This document shows, in pieces, positions 44,841 to 61,976 of a stretch of DNA of 64,000 nucleotides. Source of the stretch: the human T2T-CHM13v2.0 reference genome, Homo sapiens; NCBI RefSeq assembly GCF_009914755.1, contig NC_060931.1. One strand, given 5' to 3'. Made by a program: the position numbers and the translations under genes. Each line of letters starts with the position of its first letter. Position 1 is the first letter of the stretch. The notes under the pieces were generated by a model. The model worked only from the letters and a program-made list of their open reading frames with translations. It was not told the DNA's origin and made no database searches.

Positions 44841-45649
44841 TCAAAAAAAAAGTATTAACTTGATTTTATTTCTTGATCATAAAAATAATATACACATTCA
44901 TTATTTTAAAATGGAAACACAAAAAAGTATTAAAAACAAAATTAAAACCACCCAAAACTGTACATCCTAGATATGACTACTACTAACATTTTGAGAGGAT
45001 TCATTCCAAACATTTTTCATTGTATATGTGTATATATTACAAAACTGGAATTATATTGACATAAAGATTTATATCCTGCTTTTCTGTTTTGTATACTATG
45101 GCAAATGTTTTCCCAAGTGATTAAATGGTACCCAAGAATGTTTTTTGTTGCTGCTGTTGCTGTTGTTTTTTTGAGATAGAGTCTTGCTCTGTAACCCAGG
45201 CTGGAGAGTAGTGGCATGATCTTGGCTCACTGCAACCTCTGCCTCTTGGGTTCAAGCGATTCTCTTGCCTCCAGTCTCCTGAGTAGCTGGGATTACAGGC
45301 ACATACCACCAGGACTGGCTAATTTTTGTATTTTTAGTAGAGATGGGGTTTTGCCATGTTGGCCAGGCTGGTCTCAAACTCCTGACCTCAGGTGATCAGC
45401 CCACCTTGGCCTTCCAAAATGCTGGGATTTTAGGTGTGAGCCACCATACCCAGTCCCAAAAACGGTTTTAATAGCTACCCTTTATTTCATTATAAACTGC
45501 TTCCAAGCTTTCACTTTTACAAACATTGTAATATTGAGATGGAGAACTTTGGATATGCATTTTTGTGCTCATCTTTGGTTATTTCCTTGGGGATGAAATT
45601 TCTAAAGGGCTACACCATAGAAGGAAAGGTATCCAAAATAAACTGACAC

Positions 45650-48601
<2,952 letters not shown>

Positions 48602-49716
48602 AGAGAAGATGGGAGGGAATAAGATACAGGACCTAGGTGGAAGGTTGTTTTCGCCAAGAGGAAGGACCTCCTTTGTGTTAACCTCCGCGTGTCTGGACCA
48701 TAGCTGCACCGCCTCCCAGTGCAATTTTGAACAAGCTAAATTAGTCATCCTGGGAAGTGTTCAAAAATTATTCCAAATGGTGGACTCCAGGACTTCCTTG
48801 CTGACTTTCTTACTTTGATCAACTAACTCTATGGCATGATCTTAACAGCTGTAGTTCTCAAGGTTTCCTAAAAGGGAACCTCTTGTTCTCTCCAAATTAC
48901 AGACCCATCACTGAAGGGCAGGGAGTGAGGTTAACTCCTCCACAAACTAAGTGCTGCTCAGGTCCACATCTAGATGTTTCGGTCCCACAACCACCCAGAG
49001 CCTGACATTATTTTGTAAAAACAGATCCTGACAGAGCCAGGAGCAAGAAGAGCCATCAACCCCATCTCTGTGAGGGAGCTGGGGCTTGGCAGGCACAGGC
49101 TTGGTTAGGGCCACAATTCTCCTCTGAATAGATTTTGGGTTAACTGGAGATGAAAAACCCAAGTTCAAGGTGAGAGGTCTTTTCCCCGAGATGGACAGGT
49201 GGCAACGGGGCCTATCAGAATCACAAGAGAAGCTTCATTAACATGAAATATTCTTCCCTGGGCCGTTCCAGGCCACAGACTGCAGGTTTTCCATCTTTTA
49301 GCCCTGGAAACTCTCTGCCTACTTCTTTTCTTTTTCACATGAAATCTTATCAGGGATAACAGGTGAAATTGGAAGCAGTAAGAGCCCTGGAATCCCACTC
49401 TCTTGGCTACCCCTCTCTCCAACCACCACCATGGTGCCTAGCCACAGACATTTCAGCCTGAACTTTTAAAATAGTATGTGTAACCAAATACCTATCTCAC
49501 CCATTTAAAAAAAAAAAAAGTCTTGAGAAAGTCTAGCTTTGAGTAAGGCAACTTCCTGATATGCGCTCCAAAGTAAACCTGATGCAAAATGTATGAGTGA
49601 GGAAACGGGCCACATGGAGTTGTTAGTTGTAGACCTGCTACAAACAGCAAATACTGGTGACACTCGTAAAGTAAAAAGTGGCCACACACACACAGCCCTT
49701 TCTTTGGGGTTAATAG

Positions 49717-50089
<373 letters not shown>

Positions 50090-50450
50090 TAGATAGGAGA
50101 ATGTTTGTCCTACAAACAGCTCATCTAAAACAGTCCGACATCACATAACAATGATAAAATAGGGAGGGAGGGCCAACACATTATCCCCCTCCTCCACATC
50201 CACTGCTTGCCAGAAAAGCTTTCCCTGATACGACTTGATAGGATGGTCTCAGCTTAGGCTGCAGATGCTGTTCAATCCACCACTACAATAACCCCAGGCA
50301 GGCCATCTTACATGTTTGCATACCTCAGGTTCCGATTCCATAGGAGGGACAGGCTCTGCTCACGTCAAACACATTAAAATGCACCCAGCGTCCCACATTA
50401 AATCGTTTCCGTTTAAACATTTCAAGTGAACTGTATAACTTTGCTTTTGA

Positions 50451-50612
<162 letters not shown>

Positions 50613-50819
50613 TGAGTAGCTGAGACTACAGGTGCACACTACCATACCCAAGTAATTTTTTTGTGTTTTTTTTTTGTTTGTTTTGCGGAGGCAGGGTCTT
50701 ACTATGTTGTGCAGGCTGGTCTTGAACTCCCTGGCTCAAGTGATCTTCCCACCTCGGCCTCCCAAAGTGTTGGGATGACAGGCGTGTGCCAATATGCCTG
50801 GTCTGTTCTTCAAATTTTG

Positions 50820-50931
50820 GATCTGAGAATATTTTCTCAGGTCTCAAACATTTTTGAGATCCTTGGAAATCTTGGGGATTCCACGTACCGCTGTTATCCC
50901 TAGTACCCATTGGATAAATCAGTCCTGCCCT
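50820..50931 (-). mobile_element. MER53-like hAT fragment
   Basis: aaacattttt...tacccattggataaatcagtcctgccctg end resembles the MER53 terminus. Confidence 0.45.
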
Positions 50932-51570
50932 GTGAAGCCCACTGCAGGGTTTACTTGTGAGGAAAACATCGAGGACAGCATTTGTTCTACTAAGCAGCGT
51001 CCTCTCTGTGGGGACCTTGAGTTCCTTGAGCACAAGGGCTGTGTGGTCTTTCTCACCCCCAGGTCCCCACACCGAGAGCCTGGCCTGGCATGCAACTGTT
51101 TAATGTTCAACTAGTGGTAATGCCTAAACTGGACTTCTGTGCACTGACTGAAAATCACCCTTCCTAGGGCACGTTGGCCCTATCCCCAAATCCAGGAACA
51201 TAGGCCACCACTATTTTATATCTTAGAGCCAATTAGAAAAAAGTGCCTCCCCTGGGCTGTTACACTCCACTAGGAAATCTTTCCTTGGGGCTTACTCACG
51301 CCTTCTATGTCTTTCCACAGAGCTGGAGTCCACCCCTCACCCTTACCAGGCCCATTCATGCGCAGGAACACTTCCACACATGGCAGGCTGTGTGCACACA
51401 GACGATTCCCTCGCCTTTATAGGTGCTATTCCTTTGACTTGAAAAGCCCATCAACTCTAATCTGCACATACAAACTTCAGCACCCAGCCCAAATGTCACT
51501 TTCTCTGTGAATCCTTCCCCTATACCTCTCAGGCAGAGTTCATCCCATCCTCCTTTTTATTCCCATCACA

Positions 51571-51632
51571 GTGGAAGGTACCCCTATTTGAGTCTTGGCA
51601 GGTGGAAGGTACCCCTATTTGAGTCTTGGCAG
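51571..51632. repeat. Perfect 2 x 31-bp tandem duplication (gtggaaggtacccctatttgagtcttggcag)
   Basis: Two identical adjacent copies. Confidence 0.97.
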
Positions 51633-51972
51633 GTTGCATCAAATTTCTTTCTTCCGGGTTTGGTTCCCTGCTGCACTGTGCTCTCAAGGGGAAGAGGCGT
51701 GTCTCAGTCATCTCAGTCTCCAGTGCCTAGGATGAGACCTTTTATATACATGTGGGTCTTCAATAAATGTTTTAGACGGAATGCAGAGCTCTAGTCAAGT
51801 TACTCCTCAGCTCAAAATCTCTACAGAACCTTCCCCTTTGCTTCCTGACTTTGTTTCAAATTCCTCTACCAGGCACGCAGAAGCTTAGCCCACAGCTCTC
51901 CTCTTGCCTCCCCACCTCACCTGCCTTGGCTCACCTGCACTTCTGGGTGCTGCTGGTACAGCCACCCTCTGA

Positions 51973-52377
<405 letters not shown>

Positions 52378-52913
52378 TGAGCCCCCATGCCCAACCTCAA
52401 ATGCCATTTTCTTCTTGAAGCATCCCATCAGCAGATGTGGCCTCCACTGTTGAAACCCACAGTGCTTTATCCTCCCAAGCCATTCCTCAAACACGGTTCT
52501 GGGGTTGAATGATGCGTGTTTGTAATTAACGCACTTCGACAGCAGGTATCTCCCAACTTCAGCATAGTGGGTGCTCAGTGAATATTGGCCCAAATGGAAT
52601 TGAGCATCCATGCTACACCTGCAGATGGGAGAGGCAGCAAACTCATGTCCCAGGAACCAGCATGACACAGATCTCTCTTGTCCTCCCCTTGTTTCTCAAT
52701 AAGGACAATATTTGCGCTCAGGGGAGAAGGGCACAGCTTGCCCCTCCCTTCCTTCCTCAGCCAACGGTTTGGCTTCCCTTCTAGAGAGGTGAGAGAAGGT
52801 GTGACAGGCCAAGTTTCCTTTGCTCCACCCCATGGTGTTTCCCCCAAACACCCAGCATAAGTTCACCTCTGGCAGAGTTGCTTTCCAGCTCCTGCAGGTG
52901 GGAGTCGACTCAC

Positions 52914-53076
52914 CTGCAGCAGGCACTCGGCACAACTCCGCAGGACCGGCTCACCTGCACCGGGCACTCAGCACAGCCTCCAGCATGCAGCGCCTCCCCG
53001 CTGCCACCCGGGCCACCCTGATCCTCAGCCTGGCCTTTGCCTCCCTCCACTCGGCTTGCTCGGCAGGTAGCGTTAT
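52914..53076 (-). other. ATP6V0A4: ATP6V0A4 distal first (non-coding) exon, antisense to TMEM213 exon 1; 5' end approximate
   Basis: Two consensus minus-strand donors, CAG|gtgagt (52914) and CAG|gtgagc (52955), in a GC/CpG-enriched patch; the two genes are known to be head-to-head; the TSS cannot be fixed from sequence. Confidence 0.7.
52985..53066 (+). CDS. TMEM213: TMEM213 exon 1 CDS (MQRLPAATRATLILSLAFASLHSACSA, signal peptide)
   Basis: ATG in ccagcATG context; hydrophobic signal peptide ending A-C-S-A; donor CAG|gtagcg; 82 nt. Confidence 0.95.
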
Positions 53077-54987
53077 GAGCTTTATTCATGGCCAGGCTGG
53101 GAAGGGGGAGGGAAGGAGGGAAGAGAGGTGGGAGGGAAAGAAGGAGGAGGGGGAAGATTCTTTGGCCAGGGTTGGTCCTGCGCAAAGGAAGGAGGAAACA
53201 GAACTTTCTCATCTGAAGGATTAGGCAGGGGGTGGGAGGTGGGGCTGGGGCAGGGGGGGTCTTAGGTTGGCCTGAGACGGAGATCAGATACTCAATTCCT
53301 CAGCTAAGGCAGGAGCAGCCACCTCTCTTGGCCTTTGCCACAAAGAAAGGAAAAAGTTATTTGCTGGAGTCTCACCCATCAGGGGACCAAAATGATATCT
53401 CTTGGTCCGCTGTGTCCTGAAGGCTCCTTCTCAGCCCCACTGGGCTGTCGTGCTTTGCAATCCTCCCTGTGCACATTTGTGTCTGACCTTCCCTTTCCTA
53501 AGTCCTCCATCCCTCCCTGCCCCTTGTACTTTCTCTGCGACTTTCACAAAACCTGACTGCCAGGAGGGCTGCCATTCACTGTCTCCCACCCTCCTGCCTC
53601 CCCGGGCACTGGAAATGCTGGGTTATCTCCCCATTTTCCTGTGGAGGCTGGAAGGCTGATCTACATCCCCTGCCTTGCCCTGCCAGGCCGGGTTCTGCAA
53701 CTCATGGCAGAGGGATCTTGGTTACCATCTTCTGCTCCTGGCTTTGATCTTGTTCTCAGCCACCTCAGAACACCACCACACTCTCTATGCCCTGCAACAC
53801 TCCTGCTCCCAAAACCAACCCTGCCCCCAAAGTCCTGTGTCTGCCCCTCTCATCCTCAGACTCTCTTCTGTAGCCACTGCCAGGGGTGTTGGTGTTGAGG
53901 TTCAAGACGTGCACTCTTGAGCCGCTGAGCCTGAACCCAGGTCCAGCTTCCATGACTCACTAGCTATGCGACCTCGAGCAAATGACTTTACCTCTCTATG
54001 CCAAGTTTCCTCCTTTATCTCATGGGGACAATCATAGTGCTTGTCAAGACGAATTGATGTAATTTCATGTAAAGAACTTAGAAATAGCCCATAGAACACA
54101 CACAGTGAATGTCAGCAATTATGGTAAGCACATTCATTTTATTTTCCAACTTCACCCCTCCCCAAATAAGAGTGCTGAGTTTCTTTCTACTTACCCCGAC
54201 AGTGCCTTGCTTATGATGGGAGCTCAGAATCAGAAGACAAGTTTAACTGCACTGAATCGTTGGGTCTTCCCAGCAGCTTTTCTTGTGGAATAGCCCCAAG
54301 TAGGGCCAGTCCCTCCCTCGCTTCTGGCTCTGCTTATAAGGGAGGAGGGCGATGTTTAAATTCTTAGGAATTTTCACCGGGGCTATTCCATTTGAACCAC
54401 AGAAAATTGCTGATATTGAACAATTTTCACCTATAACAATGGCAATTTCATAAGCTCGAACCTAACCCTAGCATTCAGCCAACTAGGGTTTTTTTCCACT
54501 CACTTTGGAAGAGGACAACTTCCATTCTAGGTGTAGAGGTGAAATGAAAGTCAGGGCCAAGGAAGTTATTTGAGTCATAAGGAAAATTAGAATAGTGAGG
54601 AATCAGTTTCTCCAAAACAAATAAAGACCAGGCTCTAAGCCATTTAGCTGTAAATAATTTACAGTAACAGATTGCATCGAGGCAATTACTATACTTTAAG
54701 CAGGACATTGGAGTGGCTTGGGGGTTGGGTGGCATAAAATTAGTCTCAGCAGCAACTTCATGGCTTTAGCTAAACAGCAGGTTTCTTCTGAACTCGTCCT
54801 GCTGTGACAACAAGCTCCCTTGAAGGACACACTGACCCACAGCCAGGGGAACCTTGAGAGTTTCCATGCCCACCACTTTTTTTTTTTTCCTTTTTGCATT
54901 CCCCAAGAAGCAGAACGAACAGCAATATAATTTCTAGGAAGGTTCTTCCAATCCATCTCTTGGTTTCCATCTACCTAGGTCAGCATG

Positions 54988-55200
54988 AGCACTGTCTAAT
55001 AATAGAACTTGCACTGAGGGTGGAAATGTCCCATGTCTGAGTGGTGCTTCCAATATGGTAGCCACTAGTCACACGCGGCAATGGAACCCTTGGCATGGGT
55101 CTAATGTAAACAAGAAGCTGAGTTTTTTTTACTGAATTTGATTTTAATAAATTTAAACAACCACAGGTGGCTAGTGGCTGCCGTATTGAACAGTATGGAC
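54988..55200. mobile_element. MER3-like hAT-Charlie element
   Basis: agcactgtctaata-tagaact...ccaatatggtagccactagtcac motifs. Confidence 0.65.
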
Positions 55201-55414
55201 TTAGAGGTCATCTCTCTTCTTGTTGTCAGTTATGGACAGGAACCTGGATGCCTCAGATCCCTAACCCAATCCCACACCTCAAGACAACAGGACTTTAACA
55301 ATTCATGCTAAAGTCCTTTTTATCTTTCCACTCCTTGCTCATGAATCAATCTATGTGCTGCGTATTCTGGCAGTCTCTGGGCTTGCTTCTATGATGTTTA
55401 ATTTTTTTTGACAG

Positions 55415-56045
<631 letters not shown>

Positions 56046-56204
56046 GGGAGTTAGCTTTGTTGCAGAAAGCCTCAATATGCCCATGCTGGAGCTTCTATAA
56101 TACTTTCATAATACTCACTACTGATTTACAAAAAACATTTCAAAATCTATGCCTGGGAATAGCTTTTGCCAGTGCCTCAGACTATCTCCTATCTTTTCTT
56201 CCAG

Positions 56205-56276
56205 AAGCAAGCAGCAGCAACAGCTCAACCTTGACCGCTCACCACCCAGACCCTGGGACCCTGGAGCAGTGCCTCA
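56205..56276 (+). CDS. TMEM213: TMEM213 exon 2 (EASSSNSSTLTAHHPDPGTLEQCL-N)
   Basis: Polypyrimidine ttttcttccag| acceptor, CA|gtaagc donor; 72 nt, phase 1-1; N-S-S sequon. Confidence 0.95.
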
Positions 56277-56731
56277 GTAAGCTTCTCCTGCCAACTGCTC
56301 TAACCCCAGAACTGGCCCTCAGCCTGGGAGGGAAACAAAGGCCTCCCCGCTTTCCGTTGATTGGTGTCAAGTGGGCAAGGGCCTGCCTGGCCTTCCTGTG
56401 CACCAGTGTGGTTTGTCCCAGAACTATTTGCAGAGCAGGTCTGAAAGGCTTTCTTGGCTCTGATCCCCATCTAGGTGCACAATCTTTGACACAGATTGCT
56501 TTAATGACCCATCCCAGGTCAGCAGCTAACAATGCCCTAGGTTCAAATGCTTGAAGAAGCTTGGAGGTGGAAAGGCCATAAGAAATCATCTAGTCCAACT
56601 TCCACCCAATGCAACAGCTTGGTTTTGGTGTCCTTGGCATACATATTTCTTCTTCTTCTATGCACGTTCTTCCTCTTCTTGCCTACTTCTAGCCACAAGG
56701 CGCTCAGTAATTCATAGAGCAACCACTATTA

Positions 56732-57492
<761 letters not shown>

Positions 57493-57776
57493 TCAGAGTC
57501 CTGCAGACTTGCGTTTGAGTTCTTCTGCCATCTTGTGATCTTGGGCAAATTACAGCCTCAGTTTCTTCATGTAAAATGGGAATAAAAGTCGCACCTGTCG
57601 CTTTGTGAGGAAGGCATAAGCTAACGTGTAAAAGCACGCAGCACAGTGCATGGCACGTAGTAGGCCTCATCAGTGTCAGCTACCGTGCTGTGATTGTTCT
57701 GTTAATATTAATGGTAGAGAAGCCTGGGCAGGGCTGGTGGTGCATGCCGTCGTCCTTGCTGTCCCTTCCCCACCAG

Positions 57777-57946
57777 ACGTGGACTTCTGCCCACAAGCAG
57801 CCCGGTGCTGCCGCACAGGAGTGGACGAGTACGGCTGGATCGCGGCAGCTGTTGGCTGGAGCCTCTGGTTCCTCACCCTCATCCTGCTCTGTGTGGACAA
57901 ACTGATGAAGCTGACTCCAGATGAGCCCAAGGACTTGCAAGCGTGA
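57777..57946 (+). CDS. TMEM213: TMEM213 exon 3 CDS (VDFCPQAARCCRTGVDEYGWIAAAVGWSLWFLTLILLCVDKLMKLTPDEPKDLQA*)
   Basis: cccttccccaccag| acceptor; single TM helix; 82+72+170 = 324 nt = 107 aa + TGA. Confidence 0.96.
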
Positions 57947-58377
57947 GACCCAGGCTCGGTGCACAAAATGGTGATCGCCACCAATTTGTGGCTAATGGGG
58001 AAGGGGAGTAAGGCTAACATGGTTTCTATTATTTAAGTCATTTTCACCTTTAAGCTTCAGTTACTTTTACAAGGGAAAGAAGAAAGAGCGGGAGAACCAA
58101 ATAAGGCAAGCCAGTGCTGCCCTTGCATGTCACTCCCAAGGGCCCCTGGGCTGTGCCCAGGTAACTCCTCTCTCAAGATAGTCCCTCTGTAATGTATCCT
58201 GTTTTAACCTTTCTTCTAGGCACCAAGGGAGGTGCACAAGAAACTATAAGACTTAGTCTCATCATCAACATTTTCAGAAGCAAGTGCATAACCTTCTCAC
58301 CAAAACCAGGTTATCTGCTCCTGTCCCTGGCTTGAGTCCTGGGCTTAACTGTCATTTCAGAATCTGAGAATCAGTCA

Positions 58378-58753
<376 letters not shown>

Positions 58754-60878
58754 TTAGCCCAGGAATTCGAGACCAGCCTGGGCAAGATGGCAAGACCTTG
58801 TTTCTGTTTAAAAACTTTTTAAAGTTAAAAATAAAAATGTGAGAATCCCCTTGACACTCCCACCATCTTCACCCCCACCTCAGGTCCTTCTCCAGCTCTC
58901 CTTCTGGCTTCATCCTGTCTTCCACGGCTCTCCTGTCCCACCTATTCTCCCTGCCGGTGCCCAAGTTTTAGCCTTCACTGCCTTCCCCTAGAACACGCCA
59001 GGGATATTGCATTCTGTCCTCACTGTCTTGAGGATCTTCCTCCCCGGCTCATCACTCCCCATGGGCAGCTGCCAGGGTAGGCGCTGTCACCTTCTGTTGA
59101 CAACAGTCAGTAGCTCCTAAGGACTAAAACTGTTCAGCCCAGCATTCAGCTCTTTGGAGGAGTCCATCTGTCCCCCAGCACATCCAGGAGTAAGGATTCC
59201 GACTGGTCCACTCCTCATCCTGGTGTCTTCAGCTTCTCTGCTGCCATGTTCTTTGCTGGGATGGCTGCTTCCCAACTCCACCTCCAGAATCAAGGATATT
59301 CCTCCAAGCCCAGCTCGAATGCTTGATCTGCCTGGAGCCTTCCTGGTCATCCTTGGGTGACCTGGAGCTGGTGCTGTTAGAGCACTTCTGCTCTGCCCTG
59401 ATGTGCAGTTGTTGTGAATGGGCCACTCCATAGTTTATCCTTCCTCACACCCCTGGGGCATAGTACCCTATTCAAGTTTGTCCAATGAGTGCATGGGTGA
59501 ATTAATGAATGAATGAACAAATGAGTCTTTGCCCTAGACAACTTAAGGTCCTCACTCTGCATTAGGAGCCTCCATTTTTCTCCAGATGGTTGAAATAACC
59601 AGCCTCTGAAGGAGCCAATGGTTTGGTCACTGCTCTCTCAGCAAATTACAGTCACTGTCACTTAGCATGGAGAGTGGACGTTGCACATCACTGTGAAACC
59701 TTGCAGAGGAGGAGAGGGCAGGTTCATCAGAAGAAAGAAAGGACAAAATGACTCCTTATGAAGCATTTTGTGCCTTCTGTGAGAAAACATGTATTTAGAT
59801 CAGATAAACTCTAGTCAAAATACAAAAAGGAAAAATGAAAGACCTCTGAAATAGGAACAATCTCTTGAAGAGGCAAATGACTCAAAACTGCTCAGTGGCT
59901 CTTTCAGAAAATCTAAGTAAAGTTCCCTGACAACAGAAACTGAAGAGATTGCCTGGTTCATCTTGTAGTCTTCCAAAACAGCAGATAATTTCTGAATCTC
60001 AGATGTTGAATCAGTACAACGGGATGGATTTCTTGTTCCTAAGTGTTAAATGATCACATACATAAAAGAGTCTGAGCCTGAGCAACATAGTAGAGACCCT
60101 GTCTCTACAAAAAAAAAAAAAAATTAGCCAGGCGTGGTGGTGCACACTGATAGTCCCAGCTACTCAGGAGGCTGAGGGAGGCGGATCAATTGAGCTAGAG
60201 AGTTCAAAGCTGCAGTGAGCCATGTTTGTGCCACTGCACTCCAGCCTGGGCAACAAAGTGAGACCCTGTCTGGAAAAAAAAAAAAAAAAAGCGTCTGCAT
60301 AATTCCTGGTGCATTTTGTGGATATACAATATGAGTATGTGTTCCATGTTTTCAGAAATTCAAAGGAAGCGTTTCCACAATATGTGACGGTTTATTTCCC
60401 AAGAGATGAAAAGATTCATTAAGGTGCATGCTTTGATTTAACATCTGCAAACATTTAAAAAATATAACAGTGTGTGACGTAGCAGTGAGAGTACTATCTT
60501 TTTTTAAAAAGGGAAATTAAGATTTATTTCTGGCCAATGTGAACAGAAATAAGTCACTTTATCTCACTGAGCACCAATTTTACACGTGGAAAATAGAAGA
60601 ATTGGACCAAATCAGCAGTTTCAAGCTGAGTTGCAAAAGTTCATGGAACCATTTCAGTCGCTTCATGGAATCGGGGTAGGCATGAGGCCCGTTGTTCTTT
60701 CAACCTGAGCCGCATGGCTCTTGTGTCTTTAAACCTTGTGGTAGGATTTTTTTTTTTTTCTGCTTTAATAAGTGAAGGGTCAGGGCACCAGTTGGTGTCT
60801 GAGATGCCCTCCAGTCTGGGGAATCCCGTAGATTCTTAGACTACTTTGAACTGAAGTATGTGCAGTCTGCCATCTCAC

Positions 60879-60884
60879 ATTAAA
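60879..60884 (+). terminator. TMEM213: Candidate proximal poly(A) signal (ATTAAA) of TMEM213
   Basis: ATTAAA followed ~20 nt later by a U-rich tract (ttgcttttctttc). Confidence 0.55.
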
Positions 60885-61083
60885 ATGTAGGCATTTTGTC
60901 AATTGCTTTTCTTTCATCTGCACAAGAGGAAGGAGAGAACGAATCAATACAACCACTCTTTTCCTTGAGACTGCAAAGAAAATGGTTCTATAGTTTGATG
61001 GTTCTACTTCCCAGATGCTACCTCTCAGATTTATTCTCAACAGAAAATTTTTTGATTACAGCAGACCAGATCTTTATCTGTCA

Positions 61084-61468
<385 letters not shown>

Positions 61469-61617
61469 TTAAAGCAACAGAACTTACCTAACTTTTGGAC
61501 TTTTCATTTTAAAACTTTGCCTCTAGCAGTGGACACTGTCCTCAACACAGCTACAGTTTATGTAACACAGAGTCCATATTATATGGGGCATGTCTGTATC
61601 AAAATGTCATATGTAGA

Positions 61618-61623
61618 AATAAA
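61618..61623 (+). terminator. TMEM213: Candidate distal poly(A) signal (AATAAA) of TMEM213
   Basis: AATAAA in unique sequence, with UGUA motifs upstream and a GU-rich ggtgtgg element downstream. Confidence 0.6.
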
Positions 61624-61662
61624 GTATTAAATATTAAGGTGTGGCATAATTATCTGACTTTA

Positions 61663-61976
<314 letters not shown>

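Larger units (their letters stand above)
52690..53370. promoter_or_regulatory. Shared, overlapping promoter region of TMEM213 (+) and ATP6V0A4 (-)
   Basis: GC-enriched non-repeat island holding both first exons; forkhead-type TATTTGC at 52709-52715 and 53358-53364; G-rich tracts at 53099-53259. Confidence 0.7.

Noticed and set aside
48602-48840. Abrupt switch from L1 to unique sequence with short ORFs on both strands, as a possible foreign insert or pseudogene
   Set aside because: No TSD, poly(A), repeat structure or recognisable protein similarity; consistent with an ordinary L1 truncation boundary
51571-51632. 31-bp repeat as a possible CRISPR-like array
   Set aside because: Two adjacent copies with no spacer, in human DNA with no cas genes; a simple tandem duplication
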